From: an uncultured Pelagibacteraceae bacterium
GTDB taxonomy: Bacteria; Pseudomonadota; Alphaproteobacteria; Pelagibacterales; Pelagibacteraceae
Length of the DNA stretch: 64,000 bases
NCBI GenBank assembly: GCA_902581775.1
Contig: CACHPJ010000001.1
Coordinates: 90,715-154,714, forward strand
Direction of reading: 5' to 3'
The position numbers were made by a program, and so were the translations under genes. Below are positions 42,266 through 53,304 of this stretch, piece after piece; position 1 is the stretch's first letter; each line of letters opens with the position of its first letter. Under the pieces are notes generated by a model. The model was not told where the DNA came from. It saw nothing but the letters and a program-made list of their open reading frames with translations, and ran no database searches.

Positions 42266-42298
42266 TATTTTGATATAAGATATTTAAATAACTCAATT

Positions 42299-42502
42299 AT
42301 GGCAAAAATACAAATAAATGGAAGAAAGATCAATATTAAGCAAAAAATTAATCTTTCTGATCTATTAAAAAAATATAAACTGGACACAAAAAAAATTGCT
42401 TTAGAGTTAAATGGAGAAATTATTCCAAAACAAATGTACAAAAAAAGGATACTTAAAAATAAAGATAATATTGAAATAGTTCATTTTATTGGTGGAGGTT
42501 AG
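42299..42502 (+). CDS. thiS: Sulfur carrier ThiS
   Basis: 67 aa, ends EIVHFIGGG; upstream of thiG. Confidence 0.95.
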   Translation: MAKIQINGRKINIKQKINLSDLLKKYKLDTKKIALELNGEIIPKQMYKKRILKNKDNIEIVHFIGGG

Positions 42503-42504
42503 TA

Positions 42505-43278
42505 TTGCAGAAGGATAATTTAATAATTGATAAAAAAAAATTTAAATCTAGATTAATTGTTGGTACTGGAAAATACAAGAGTTTTAAAGAAACCGCATTA
42601 GCAGTTAAAGCGTCTGGAGCTGAAATTGTTACCGTAGCTGTCAGAAGAGTAAATATTTTGGATAAAAAAAAACCATTGCTTATGGATTATCTTAATCCTA
42701 AAAAAATTGTTTATCTTCCAAACACTGCGGGATGTTACAATTCAATTGATGCACTTAGGACATTAAGATTAGCAAGAGAAATGGGTGGCTGGAAACTTGT
42801 TAAACTAGAGGTTCTTGGTGATAAAAAAACTTTATATCCTAATATGATAGAAACAATTAAGTCTACAAAAATTTTAGTCAAAGAAGGTTTTAAAGTAATG
42901 GTATATTGTTCTGATGACCCAATTTTAGCTAAACAACTTGAGGATGCTGGTGCAGCTGCAATAATGCCTTTAGCTTCACCAATAGGTTCGGGCTTAGGAA
43001 TTCAGAACAAAGTTAATATTTCCCTCATCATTAAACAATCAAAAGTTCCAGTATTGATAGATGCTGGGATTGGCACAGCTTCTGATGCCACCATTGCAAT
43101 GGAAATGGGATGTGACGGAGTATTAATTAACAGTGCTATAGCGAAAGCAAAAGATCCTATCTTAATGGCAAAGTCTTTCAAAGATGCAGTTATAGCAGGT
43201 CGGAATTCTTATCAAGCGGGAAGAATGAAAAAAAATTTTTTTGCTGAAGCAAGCTCTCCTTTAAAAGGATTAATTTAG
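42505..43278 (+). CDS. thiG: Thiazole synthase
   Basis: [39 protein letters not shown]; TTG start. Confidence 0.97.
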   Translation: MQKDNLIIDKKKFKSRLIVGTGKYKSFKETALAVKASGAEIVTVAVRRVNILDKKKPLLMDYLNPKKIVYLPNTAGCYNSIDALRTLRLAREMGGWKLVKLEVLGDKKTLYPNMIETIKSTKILVKEGFKVMVYCSDDPILAKQLEDAGAAAIMPLASPIGSGLGIQNKVNISLIIKQSKVPVLIDAGIGTASDATIAMEMGCDGVLINSAIAKAKDPILMAKSFKDAVIAGRNSYQAGRMKKNFFAEASSPLKGLI

Positions 43279-45131
43279 CTTACTTTTTTTTTTCGAACCC
43301 ATAGAGTTCTATCTTTATTCTTTTTATTTTTGTTAATATTTTTTTTTATTTTTTCACTCTTTTTTTTAGTAATCTTTACTACTTTTTCGTTTTTGGGTTT
43401 CTCTTTATCAATTGATTTTTTAAATTTAATTGGTTCAGGCCTTTTTAATTTGTCTATATTCTCAACTTTATTCAGAGTTTTTTTATTTTTATTCAACAAA
43501 TCTATTTTATACTCAGGTATTATTAAATCTTTTTCGCTAGAAAAATTGATTCTATAACCAAACTTTTTTTGAAAAAAATTAATTTCTTTTTGAAGGACAT
43601 CTTCAATATAAAGTCGAACTTTATCTGGTACTGAAACGTCTATTAATTTTATTTTACTATTTGTAAAAGCAAGTGTTTCAATTTTTTTAATTATCTTTTG
43701 AGAAAAAGACTCTAAAGATAAATTTGTTTCCCATTTAATTGATCCCTCCCTTAATCTTTGTCTGGTCATCTCTAGTAAACCAAATGAGCTAATTTTACCG
43801 ACCTGTATTCTTGCTCTATCTTTCCTTATACTTTCTCTCATTTTTTTTTCTACAATTCTTCTGTTATAAAAATTCATCATATCAATAAAATCGATAACAA
43901 TTAGACCAGATAAATCTCTTAATTTAATTTGTTTAGCTATTTCCTCCGCTGCCTCTACGTTTGTATTCAAGGCAGTTTTTTCTATATTGATTTGTTTTGT
44001 AGATTGACCAGAATTAATATCGATTGCTACAAGAGCTTCAGTAGGATTAATTACTAAATATCCACCAGACTTAAGTTTTACAGTTGGTTCAAATATTTTA
44101 TTTAGCTGCTCTTCTATACCAGCATCATGAAACAAAGGTATTTTACCTCTATATTTTTTTATGAATTTTACACTTTTAGGAACCAATTCTTTCATGAATA
44201 TTTTTGCTTTTTGATAACCCTCGTTACCATCAACATAAATGTTCTTTGTTTCGTTATCGTATATATCTCTTAACGCTCTTTTAATAATATCACCCTCTTC
44301 ATAAATTAGAGAGGGAGCACTGGACTCTACCGCTTTATCTTTAATTTGAACCCAAGTATTCAAAGTATTCTGGAAATCTTTTTCAATTTCATTTCTTGTT
44401 TTATTAGCACCAGCAGTTCTTACAATTACGCCCATACTTTTGGGAATTTGTATTTCATTTAATATAGACCTAATTTTATTTCTATCTGATGAATTAAAAA
44501 TTTTTCTAGATATTCCACCTCCTTTTGGAGTGTTAGGCATTAAAACCATGTACTTGCCTGCAAGAGAAATAAAAGTAGTTAATGCGGCTCCCTTTTGTCC
44601 TCTTTCTTCTTTTATAACCTGAATTAAAATTACCTGCCCAGGTTTTATGACTTCTTGGATTTTATATTTTTTAAGTCCATAAGTATTTTTTAATTTTTCT
44701 CTATAATTTTTATTATTTCTATCATCGGAAATTTTTTGATTTGAATTATTTTCTTGAGTTGCTTCATTTTCACTTTTTTCATTTTCTAAAGATTTTTCGT
44801 TACCAATAGTATCATTACTTTTAATATTTTTTAATTCTTCCCTAATCTTTTCCTCAGCTTCTTGAAGTCTCTCCTTATCCTCTGTAGGTATTTGATAATA
44901 ATCCGATTGGATGTCGTTAAATGCCAAGAAACCATGCCTTACTCTTCCAAAGTTAACAAATGCTGCTTGCAAAGAGGGCTCAACCCTACTTACTGTTCCG
45001 AGATATATGTTGTTCTTAAAATTTAGTTTATTCTTATCTTCATATTCATATTCTTCAATAAATGAATCTGATTTAAGCACAACTCTAGTCTCATCTGGAT
45101 GAGACGCATCAATGTATAAATTCTTTTCCAT
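43275..45131 (-). CDS. rne: Ribonuclease E (Zn-link-less, short basic C-terminus)
   Basis: [12 protein letters not shown]1 domain with insert, [13 protein letters not shown], catalytic IDINSG and [17 protein letters not shown]. Confidence 0.95.
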   Translation of the reverse strand: MEKNLYIDASHPDETRVVLKSDSFIEEYEYEDKNKLNFKNNIYLGTVSRVEPSLQAAFVNFGRVRHGFLAFNDIQSDYYQIPTEDKERLQEAEEKIREELKNIKSNDTIGNEKSLENEKSENEATQENNSNQKISDDRNNKNYREKLKNTYGLKKYKIQEVIKPGQVILIQVIKEERGQKGAALTTFISLAGKYMVLMPNTPKGGGISRKIFNSSDRNKIRSILNEIQIPKSMGVIVRTAGANKTRNEIEKDFQNTLNTWVQIKDKAVESSAPSLIYEEGDIIKRALRDIYDNETKNIYVDGNEGYQKAKIFMKELVPKSVKFIKKYRGKIPLFHDAGIEEQLNKIFEPTVKLKSGGYLVINPTEALVAIDINSGQSTKQINIEKTALNTNVEAAEEIAKQIKLRDLSGLIVIDFIDMMNFYNRRIVEKKMRESIRKDRARIQVGKISSFGLLEMTRQRLREGSIKWETNLSLESFSQKIIKKIETLAFTNSKIKLIDVSVPDKVRLYIEDVLQKEINFFQKKFGYRINFSSEKDLIIPEYKIDLLNKNKKTLNKVENIDKLKRPEPIKFKKSIDKEKPKNEKVVKITKKKSEKIKKNINKNKKNKDRTLWVRKKKVS

Positions 45132-45280
45132 GTAAAATAATTCCTTTGGGTAATTTTTGACAAAATTTGACTAATTTTTTTCATAAATCATTATACAAAA
45201 TTATATCTAATAAAGATATATTTAAAACATTAATAATGCCATAAGAAAGCCAGATTTAATGTAATACTGATAAACTAAGA

Positions 45281-47629
45281 ATGAAAAAATTTGTAGATAT
45301 CTCCTTAAAAATAACAATAGCTTTATTAATTTTTTTTACTTTAATAATATTTTCTGCATTTTGGTATTTTTCTTCTGGGTTGCCTGACTATAAAAAATTG
45401 GCAAAATATCAACCCCCAGTTTCAAGTAGAGTATATGCTAATAATGGAATGTTAGTTGCTGAATACGCAATTGAAAAGAGAATTTTTATTCCATTTGATG
45501 CCATTCCAAAAAAAGTGATTAACTCGTTTTTATCTGCAGAAGACAAAAATTTTTTTAAACACCCAGGTGTTGATGCGAAAGGAATTGTTAGAGCAACTAT
45601 AAATAATATTAAAAATGTTTTAAAAGACAAAAGATTGGAAGGTGCTTCTACAATTACACAGCAAGTTGCTAAAAACTTCCTCTTAACTAATGAAGTGTCT
45701 TTTAAAAGAAAAATCAAAGAAGCTATTTTAGCTTTTAGAATAGAAAAAGCATATTCTAAAAATAGAATTTTAGAACTTTATTTAAATCAAATTTATCTTG
45801 GTGAAGGTACTTATGGCATTGCAGCGGCAAGTTTAGAATATTTTGATAAATCAGTTAAAGAATTAAATTATTCAGAATCTGCTTTGCTAGCAGCTTTACC
45901 AAAAGCTCCAAGCAAATATAATCCTTTTAGATATAAAGAAGAAGCAAAAAAAAGAAGAAATTTTGTTCTTAAAAACTTAAAAGATAATAAATTTATTACA
46001 AATGAAGAATTTAAAAAATTTAAAGATACCGATATAAAACTTAAAAAAAGAGAAATTAAACTTATAAATGAGGCTAACTCTTATTCCGAAGAAGTTAGAA
46101 GAATAATTAAAGAAAATTATGGTTTTAAAAAGCTTTATGAAGAAGGTTTATCAATAAATACTCCTTTGGATGTAAACTATCAAATTCAAGCTTTAATTTC
46201 TCTAAGAAAAGGAATTGAGAGTTACGATAAAAGACATGGTTATAGAGGTCCAATATCTAATACTAAAAATTTAGGATGGGAAGAAAAAGTAAAAAATTTT
46301 AAAATTGATCCAACACTTGAATGGGAGTTAGTCGAAATAACTCAAATTTTAGAAAATAAAATAATTTTTAAAGGCATAAGACAAAATTACAGGGGAGAAA
46401 TTTTAAGAGACAATATTAAGTGGGCTGTAAGAAAAAAAATTAAAGATAGATTCAAAATAAACGATATAATTTTAGTTAAAAGAAGAGATGATAATTCTTC
46501 ATGGGATTTAAAACAATATCCAAAAGTTAATGGAGCGATTGTTGTGCTAAATCCTTTTACTGGTCAAATCAAAGCTTTAGTCGGAGGATTTAGTTTTAAA
46601 TCAAGTGAATTTAATAGAGCAACACAGGCAAAAAGACAACCAGGATCAGCGTTCAAACCTTTTGTTTATGCAGCAGCATTGGAAAATAATTATACACCGA
46701 ATACAATTATTCTTGATGCCCCTTTTATTGCTGAACAAGGTTTTGGATTAAAAAATTGGAAACCAGAAAATTATGGAAAACAATTTTACGGTCCAACAAC
46801 ATTAAGGAAAGGAATTGAATATTCTAGGAATTTAATGACAGTACGGATAGCAGAAAGTTTAGGATTAAATAAAATTTTAAAATTATCTAGAGATTTAGAA
46901 ATCTATGAGGATATACCAGAACTTCTTTCAGTATCACTTGGTTCTGCTGAAACTACATTATTAAAATTAACTTCTGCCTACGCATCGTTTGTAAATGGTG
47001 GAAAAAAAGTTAATCCTCAATTAATTGATAGAATACAAGATCGAAGAGGTAAAACTATTTTTAATTCTGAAAAAAGAGAGTGCGTTGGCTGCGATCGATT
47101 GATAAATAATTCTGAAAGTTTTCCAAAAATAAAGGATAAATATAAAAGAGTTTTTAGTGAGGAAACTGCTTATCAAATGACATCAATTTTAGAGGGTGTT
47201 ATCAAAAGAGGAACTGGTAAAAAGTTAAGAGATCTGGAAGTTCCTATCGCGGGAAAAACCGGTACAACAAATAATAATTTTGATGCCTGGTTCATCGGTT
47301 TTAGCTCAAATTTAGTGATCGGAGTATATATTGGTTTTGACAACCCAGAGTCTCTTGGAAAATTTGAAACAGGTTCAAAAGCAGCCCTGCCTGTCTTTAA
47401 GAGTTTTTTGAAAGGAGCAATGTTTAAACAGGATTTTAAAAATTTTAAGATTCCCAATGGAGTTTTTTTTGCACCTGTTAATTATGATAATGGTAAGAAA
47501 GATATTTTTGGTGAAAAAAAATCAATTATTGAAGTATTTAAAAATAAAGATATGAACATCTCATTAAATAAAAATTTAGATAATATTAATAACTATGATA
47601 AATTAATTAAGTTTAGACAATTCTATTAA
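45281..47629 (+). CDS. mrcA: Penicillin-binding protein 1A
   Basis: Transglycosylase EDKNF/GASTITQQ/RKIKE; transpeptidase SAFK, SRN, KTG. Confidence 0.95.
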   Translation: MKKFVDISLKITIALLIFFTLIIFSAFWYFSSGLPDYKKLAKYQPPVSSRVYANNGMLVAEYAIEKRIFIPFDAIPKKVINSFLSAEDKNFFKHPGVDAKGIVRATINNIKNVLKDKRLEGASTITQQVAKNFLLTNEVSFKRKIKEAILAFRIEKAYSKNRILELYLNQIYLGEGTYGIAAASLEYFDKSVKELNYSESALLAALPKAPSKYNPFRYKEEAKKRRNFVLKNLKDNKFITNEEFKKFKDTDIKLKKREIKLINEANSYSEEVRRIIKENYGFKKLYEEGLSINTPLDVNYQIQALISLRKGIESYDKRHGYRGPISNTKNLGWEEKVKNFKIDPTLEWELVEITQILENKIIFKGIRQNYRGEILRDNIKWAVRKKIKDRFKINDIILVKRRDDNSSWDLKQYPKVNGAIVVLNPFTGQIKALVGGFSFKSSEFNRATQAKRQPGSAFKPFVYAAALENNYTPNTIILDAPFIAEQGFGLKNWKPENYGKQFYGPTTLRKGIEYSRNLMTVRIAESLGLNKILKLSRDLEIYEDIPELLSVSLGSAETTLLKLTSAYASFVNGGKKVNPQLIDRIQDRRGKTIFNSEKRECVGCDRLINNSESFPKIKDKYKRVFSEETAYQMTSILEGVIKRGTGKKLRDLEVPIAGKTGTTNNNFDAWFIGFSSNLVIGVYIGFDNPESLGKFETGSKAALPVFKSFLKGAMFKQDFKNFKIPNGVFFAPVNYDNGKKDIFGEKKSIIEVFKNKDMNISLNKNLDNINNYDKLIKFRQFY

Positions 47630-48718
47630 TGGAAAATTTTGATAATAAAATATTATTAGTTGAAAAATCCCTTAAAAATATTAGGGGGTATCTTTGAAAA
47701 AAATAAAATAGAAGAAAAAATTACTAATCTTGAAAAGGAAAGTCTCAAGAAAGATTTTTGGAAGGACAAATTAAAAGTTCAAAAAAATGTTAAAGAAAAA
47801 AATCTTTACAATAAAATAGTTTCATCATTTAAAAATACTAATACAGAAATTAAAAATTTAAAAGAAATTTACTCTTTGGGTATTGAAGAAGATAATCATG
47901 AAGTTTTAAAAGACTGTGAAAAAAAATTATCGCAGATCACAGATGAAATAAAAAAAAATGAAGTAAGCTGTTTTCTATCTAAAGAAGATGATCATTTAGA
48001 TATTTATCTCGAAATTCATGCAGGGGCAGGGGGGACAGAAAGTCAAGATTGGGCACTTATGCTAAGAAGAATGTATTTAAAGTGGTTTGATAAAAAACTT
48101 TTTAAATATCAAATTATAAGCGAACACAAAGGCGAAGAAGCAGGGATTAAATCTACAACACTTAAAGTTTCTGGAGATTATTTGTATGGTTTGATGAGAA
48201 ATGAGTCTGGAGTTCATAGGTTAGTTAGAATCTCTCCTTTTGACAGTGGAGCGAGAAGACACACAAGTTTTGCAAGTATATGGGTCTACCCAGCTGTTGA
48301 TGACACAATTAATTTAGAAATTAATGAAAAAGATTTACGGATAGACACTTACAGATCTAGTGGAGCTGGAGGGCAACATGTTAACACAACAGATAGCGCA
48401 GTAAGAATTACACATTTGCCAACCAAGATCGTAGTTCAGTGCCAAAATGAAAGATCTCAACACAAGAATAAAGAGACTTGTTACAAAATGCTTAAAGCAA
48501 GATTATATGAATTTGAAATACAGAAAAGAGAAGTTGAAAGTCAAAAAAATTTAAAATCTAAAACTGATATTGGCTGGGGTCATCAAATAAGATCTTACGT
48601 TTTACAACCATATAGATTAGTAAAAGATCTTAGAAATAAAATAGAAAGCTCAAACCCTGATGATGTTTTGAATGGAAATATCGATCAATTTATAGAAGCA
48701 GGATTAATTAAAAATTAG
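47629..48718 (+). CDS. prfB: Peptide chain release factor 2, join(47629..47694,47696..48718) by +1 frameshift, 362 aa
   Basis: ATG 47629 opens MENFDNKILLVEKSLKNIRGYL-stop; +1 frame carries SPF and GGQ motifs. Confidence 0.96.
47683..47698 (+). promoter_or_regulatory. prfB programmed +1 frameshift cassette
   Basis: AGGGGG-TAT-CTT-TGA-A: internal SD, 3-nt spacer, slippery CTT-TGA. Confidence 0.95.
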
Positions 48719-50932
48719 ATGAAAAAGTTATTAATAAAAATTTTTATATTTATGTTGATAATATTATTATCAATTATAGTATTTTTATCTACAAAAGGCT
48801 ATGAAACAAATAAATTTAATCGGATAATTTCGAGCAATATTCAAAAATTCGACAAGAACATATCTTTAGAATTAAAAAAGATAAATATTAGACTTGATAT
48901 CAATAATTTTAATTTATTTCTAGGAAGCAAAGATCCCTCTATAACTTATCAAAAAACTTTATTGCCTATAAGTGAAATTAAAATATTTGTTGATTTTTTT
49001 TCATTGTTTGGCAAACAAATAAAAATTGATAGTGCTGATCTCAAATTTGATAAAATTTTTATTAATGATTTAAGAAAAATAATTTTGATATCAAAGCCTT
49101 CAAATTTAAAAAGTTTTGCAATGAATAATATTTCTAAAGGGTCTATCGAAGGCAAATTAAAATTAAATTTTTTAGAAAATGATAATTTTGATTACCAGTT
49201 TAATGGTAATATTAATGATGCAGAATTAAATATTTTAAATAAATATAATTTTAAAAATGTAAATTTTAAATTAATCGCAGACAATGAGAATATTCTTATA
49301 AATAAAATTTTATTTAATCTGAATGATATACCTATTAAAAAAGGATTTATAAGCATAGAAAGAGAAAAGGGTTATTCTATTGATGGTTCATTAACTTCAG
49401 AAATTTTTTTAAATTTAAAAGAGTTCAAAGAAATATCAAGTAGCTTTACTAATTTTAGAATACCTGAAAAAATTGAAAATTTAAATTTTTCAGGATCATT
49501 AATAAAAAAATTCAACTTATCACTTGATGAAACATTAAAAATTATAGACTATAAAATAAATCTTAAATCTGATTTTAATAATTCTTTAATAAGTTTGAAA
49601 GAACCCAGTGAAATAGTTTTTTTCAAGGATCAAATTAAAGAAATAATTTTTGGTAAAAGTACCATTGAAATAAAAAAATCTAATGATTCATCAACTAATG
49701 TTGCAATTCAGGGTTTATATAAATTAAAAAACAATTCAAATTTTAAAAATTTTAAGATTATCAATAATTATGAAAAGAACAAAAAGGAGTTCGATATTAA
49801 TTTAGAATTGATTAATACTATTTTAATCGATTTTATTAATTACGAAAAAAAAGCTGAACAAATAGCAACCGTAAACATAAATTTTTTAATGAATGAAAAT
49901 GAAAAATTGTTAAAAAATTTTGTATACCAAGAAAGTAAATCTAAAATTTTAATTAAAAATTTAAAATTAGATAAAAAGAATAAACTAAAGAAATTAAGTT
50001 CAATTAAAGTAAACACCTTTAAAGAAGGCGTAGAAAATAATGATTTCGAAATTAAGTTTAGGAAAAAAATAGAAATTTATGGAGATAAATTTGACTCAAC
50101 TAATCTTGTAAAAAATTTAAATAAAAAAAGTAATACTAACAATCCTTTAAGTAATATTTCCAAGGATATTAATATTAGTTTTAAAGAAATTCTAACCAAA
50201 CTTTCAAAGCCATTAAATGACTTCAACTTAATAGGTAAAATTGAAAAGGGAAAATTTGTAAAAATATCATCTAAAAGTGAATTTAATAAGGATCAATTTC
50301 TAGATATAGCTTTAAAAAAAGACCTAAGTAAAAATAAAAAAATTCTAGAAATTTACTCTGATTTACCCAAACCTTTACTGTCCGATTTTAAATTTTTTAA
50401 AGGTATTAAAGGAGGCCAACTCTTATATACTTCAATTTATGATGACTATGAGAGTAATTCAAATTTAAAATTAAAAAATTTTAAAGTCTTAAATGCCCCA
50501 GCCTTTGCAAAACTCCTTGCTCTAGCTGATTTGAGGGGTTTGGAAGTTTTGCTGTCAGGTCAAGGCCTTGATTTTGAATCTTTAGAAATAAAACTTAATG
50601 AAAATAAAAAAGTTAGAAAGGTGGAAGAAATTTACGCTGTAGGACCAAGTATTACAATATTAATGGATGGCTATATTGAAAAAGAAACTGGTTTAATAAG
50701 TTTACGGGGAACAATGGTCCCAGCAAAAGAAATTAATAAACTTATATCTAAAATTCCTGTTCTAGGAGAAATTTTAATAGGAAAAGAAGTCGGGGAAGGA
50801 GTTTTTGGAGTAAGCTTTAAAATGAAAGGCTTACCCGGTAAAATAAAAACCACCGTAAATCCTATAAAAAGTTTAACACCACGATTTATAACAAGAGCTT
50901 TGGAAAAAAGAAAAAAAAATAAGAAGAATTAA
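48719..50932 (+). CDS. AsmA-like / YhdP-DUF3971-type envelope protein
   Basis: N-terminal TM anchor, long beta-rich body, C-terminal L.GT.VPA..IN..ISKIPVLG.ILIG...GEGVFG...VNP..SLTP; convergent with tyrS. Confidence 0.75.
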   Translation: MKKLLIKIFIFMLIILLSIIVFLSTKGYETNKFNRIISSNIQKFDKNISLELKKINIRLDINNFNLFLGSKDPSITYQKTLLPISEIKIFVDFFSLFGKQIKIDSADLKFDKIFINDLRKIILISKPSNLKSFAMNNISKGSIEGKLKLNFLENDNFDYQFNGNINDAELNILNKYNFKNVNFKLIADNENILINKILFNLNDIPIKKGFISIEREKGYSIDGSLTSEIFLNLKEFKEISSSFTNFRIPEKIENLNFSGSLIKKFNLSLDETLKIIDYKINLKSDFNNSLISLKEPSEIVFFKDQIKEIIFGKSTIEIKKSNDSSTNVAIQGLYKLKNNSNFKNFKIINNYEKNKKEFDINLELINTILIDFINYEKKAEQIATVNINFLMNENEKLLKNFVYQESKSKILIKNLKLDKKNKLKKLSSIKVNTFKEGVENNDFEIKFRKKIEIYGDKFDSTNLVKNLNKKSNTNNPLSNISKDINISFKEILTKLSKPLNDFNLIGKIEKGKFVKISSKSEFNKDQFLDIALKKDLSKNKKILEIYSDLPKPLLSDFKFFKGIKGGQLLYTSIYDDYESNSNLKLKNFKVLNAPAFAKLLALADLRGLEVLLSGQGLDFESLEIKLNENKKVRKVEEIYAVGPSITILMDGYIEKETGLISLRGTMVPAKEINKLISKIPVLGEILIGKEVGEGVFGVSFKMKGLPGKIKTTVNPIKSLTPRFITRALEKRKKNKKN

Positions 50933-52164
50933 TTTATCTTTATTAAAAAATGCTTTTTCTTACCATAAGAAACTTTCATAGTATTTTCTTTAAAACTATT
51001 TATATTAATTATAATTTTTTCATCAGATATAGTTTTGTCGTTTATCCTTATCCCTTTTCCCTGTATAGCTCTTCTAGCTTCACTTTTTGAAGAGACGATT
51101 TTATTAAGACTCAATAAATCTAAAATGTTAATACCTTTTTCTAAATCAGATTTTGCCATATTAATTGCGGGTAAACTTTTTCCATAACCTCCACCTTTAA
51201 ATGTTTCATTAGCAGTCAATTCTGATTCTTTTGCTAGCTTACTTCCATGAAGAATTTTTGTCGCTTCATTAGCCAACAGAATCTTTAATTCATTTATATT
51301 TTTGTTATCAAAAAGTTTTGATAAGTTAGTTGTCTCTATTTCAGTAAAATATTTCAAAAATTTTTTTACATCTTCGTCAGCAGTATTTCTCCAGAATTGC
51401 CAATAATCATATGATGTGAAGAGTTTTTTATCTAACCAAACCGCTCCCTTTTCTGTTTTTCCCATTTTTGCGCCAGATGAGAGAGTAATAAGAGGGGTAG
51501 TTAAACCAAAAACCTCTTTTTTTAAAATTCTTCTGACTAGATCTACACCACTTACTATATTTCCCCATTGATCAGAACCCCCCATTTGTAAAACACATTT
51601 ATATTTTTTAAAAAGTTGGTAAAAATCGTAAGCTTGTAAAATCATATAATTAAACTCCATATAGCTTAATGATTGTTCTCTCTCTAATCTTAATTTTACA
51701 CTGTCAAAAGTAAGCATTTTATTTATAGTAAAATGTTTTCCGATATCCCTTAAAAAATTAATATACTTTAGTCTTCCTAGCCAAGTAAAATTGTTTACGT
51801 AAATAGGTTTTGTTTTTTTATTTTTTGTACTTAATAATTTATCAAAAACTTTTTTAATATTGGTAATATTTTTTTTTATACTAATCTGATCAAGAATCTT
51901 CCTTGTTGAATCTTTGCCTGATGGATCACCAATTAAAGTAGTACCTCCACCTAATAGAATAATAGGGCGATGACCATGTTTTTGCAAAAGTCTCAAAATC
52001 ATAATTTGTAAGAGACTTCCGACATGAAGGCTTGAGGCTGTGCAATCAAAGCCAATATAGGCAGCTATAGAACCTTTGCTCGATAATTCTTCAAGTTTTT
52101 CCAAATCAGTGCATTGATTTAAAAAACCCCTAGATTGCATTTCTAATAAAAAAGCATTTTTCAT
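50929..52164 (-). CDS. tyrS: Tyrosyl-tRNA synthetase
   Basis: YIGFDCTASSLHVGS, IGDPSGK, LQAYDF, GGSDQWGN, KMGKT, S4 tail GKKKH. Confidence 0.98.
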   Translation of the reverse strand: MKNAFLLEMQSRGFLNQCTDLEKLEELSSKGSIAAYIGFDCTASSLHVGSLLQIMILRLLQKHGHRPIILLGGGTTLIGDPSGKDSTRKILDQISIKKNITNIKKVFDKLLSTKNKKTKPIYVNNFTWLGRLKYINFLRDIGKHFTINKMLTFDSVKLRLEREQSLSYMEFNYMILQAYDFYQLFKKYKCVLQMGGSDQWGNIVSGVDLVRRILKKEVFGLTTPLITLSSGAKMGKTEKGAVWLDKKLFTSYDYWQFWRNTADEDVKKFLKYFTEIETTNLSKLFDNKNINELKILLANEATKILHGSKLAKESELTANETFKGGGYGKSLPAINMAKSDLEKGINILDLLSLNKIVSSKSEARRAIQGKGIRINDKTISDEKIIININSFKENTMKVSYGKKKHFLIKIN

Positions 52165-52221
52165 ACATTTTTATATGTTAAATCTACTAATATACTAAAA
52201 TTGATATAAATAAATACAAAT

Positions 52222-53304
52222 ATGATTAAACAGTTCACATCTTTAGGATTAATGAGCGGGACATCCGGTGATGGAGTTGATGCATCGGTAATTTTATCCG
52301 ATGGTAATAATGATTATGAATTAATCTTAGATAGATATTATGAATATGACTTAAAATTAAGTAGCGAAATTCACAATATTACAGATACAATTAATAATGT
52401 AAACGATCTAATAAAAAATAAAAAAAGAATTCAAGATTTAGAGAGAAAAATAACAATTTTTCATGCTGAGATTTCTAAAAAGATAATTTTAGACACACCT
52501 CAAATTGATATTGTTGGACTCCATGGTCAAACAATTTTTCATAACTCAAACCTTAAAGTTTCAAAACAATTAGGAAATGGCAAATTACTATCTCAATTAA
52601 TCAATAAAAATTTAGTTTTTAACTTTAGATCAAATGACTTAAAAAATAATGGTGAAGGAGCACCGCTAACTCCAATTTATCATAAATTAATAAAATTAAA
52701 AAAAAATATTTCAAATCCAGTATCTTTTTTAAATATAGGAGGAATAGCAAACATAACTTATTTTGATGAGAAAAATGTAATGCACAGTCAAGATATTGGA
52801 CCAGGAAACTGTTTAATAGATAAATGGATAAGAATAAATTCAACAAAAAAATATGATGATAAAGGAATTATTGCCTCTAGAGGAAAGGTAAATGAAATAA
52901 TTTTAGAGAATGCAATAGAAAATTTTAATAATAGCAAATTAGACAATAATAGATCTTATGATATAAAAGATTTTGACCTGTCATTTGCCCGCGGGCTTTC
53001 ATTAGAGGATGGCGCGGCAACACTTACAGAGTTTACTGTAAACATACTTTCTCAAAAAATTAAAAATTATTCAACTTTTCTATGTGGAGGAGGGAGAAAA
53101 AATAATTTTTTAATTAAACGTCTATACGAAAAATCTAATGTCATATTTAAAAATATCGATGATCTAGAAATCAATGGAGACTTCGTTGAGTCCCAAGCCT
53201 TTGCCTATCTTGCAATTAGATCATTTTTAAATTTGCCAATCTCTTTTCCTGAAACTACCGGTTGTTCAAAACCTTGTACTGGTGGCGAAATGATAATTAT
53301 TTAA
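52222..53304 (+). CDS. anmK: Anhydro-N-acetylmuramic acid kinase
   Basis: GLMSGTSGDGVD, HGQTIFH, GEGAPL, NIGGIAN, DIGPGN, CGGG, AFAYLA. Confidence 0.95.
   Translation: MIKQFTSLGLMSGTSGDGVDASVILSDGNNDYELILDRYYEYDLKLSSEIHNITDTINNVNDLIKNKKRIQDLERKITIFHAEISKKIILDTPQIDIVGLHGQTIFHNSNLKVSKQLGNGKLLSQLINKNLVFNFRSNDLKNNGEGAPLTPIYHKLIKLKKNISNPVSFLNIGGIANITYFDEKNVMHSQDIGPGNCLIDKWIRINSTKKYDDKGIIASRGKVNEIILENAIENFNNSKLDNNRSYDIKDFDLSFARGLSLEDGAATLTEFTVNILSQKIKNYSTFLCGGGRKNNFLIKRLYEKSNVIFKNIDDLEINGDFVESQAFAYLAIRSFLNLPISFPETTGCSKPCTGGEMIII

Noticed and set aside
43046-43063. 18-nt exact repeat TTCCAGTATTGATAGATG, also at 58496-58513
   Set aside because: Both copies encode PVLID in unrelated enzymes (ThiG, SufS); most likely coincidence under strong codon bias
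47660-47695. TTG-started RF2, or prfB as a pseudogene or sequencing error
   Set aside because: Explained by the canonical programmed +1 frameshift cassette
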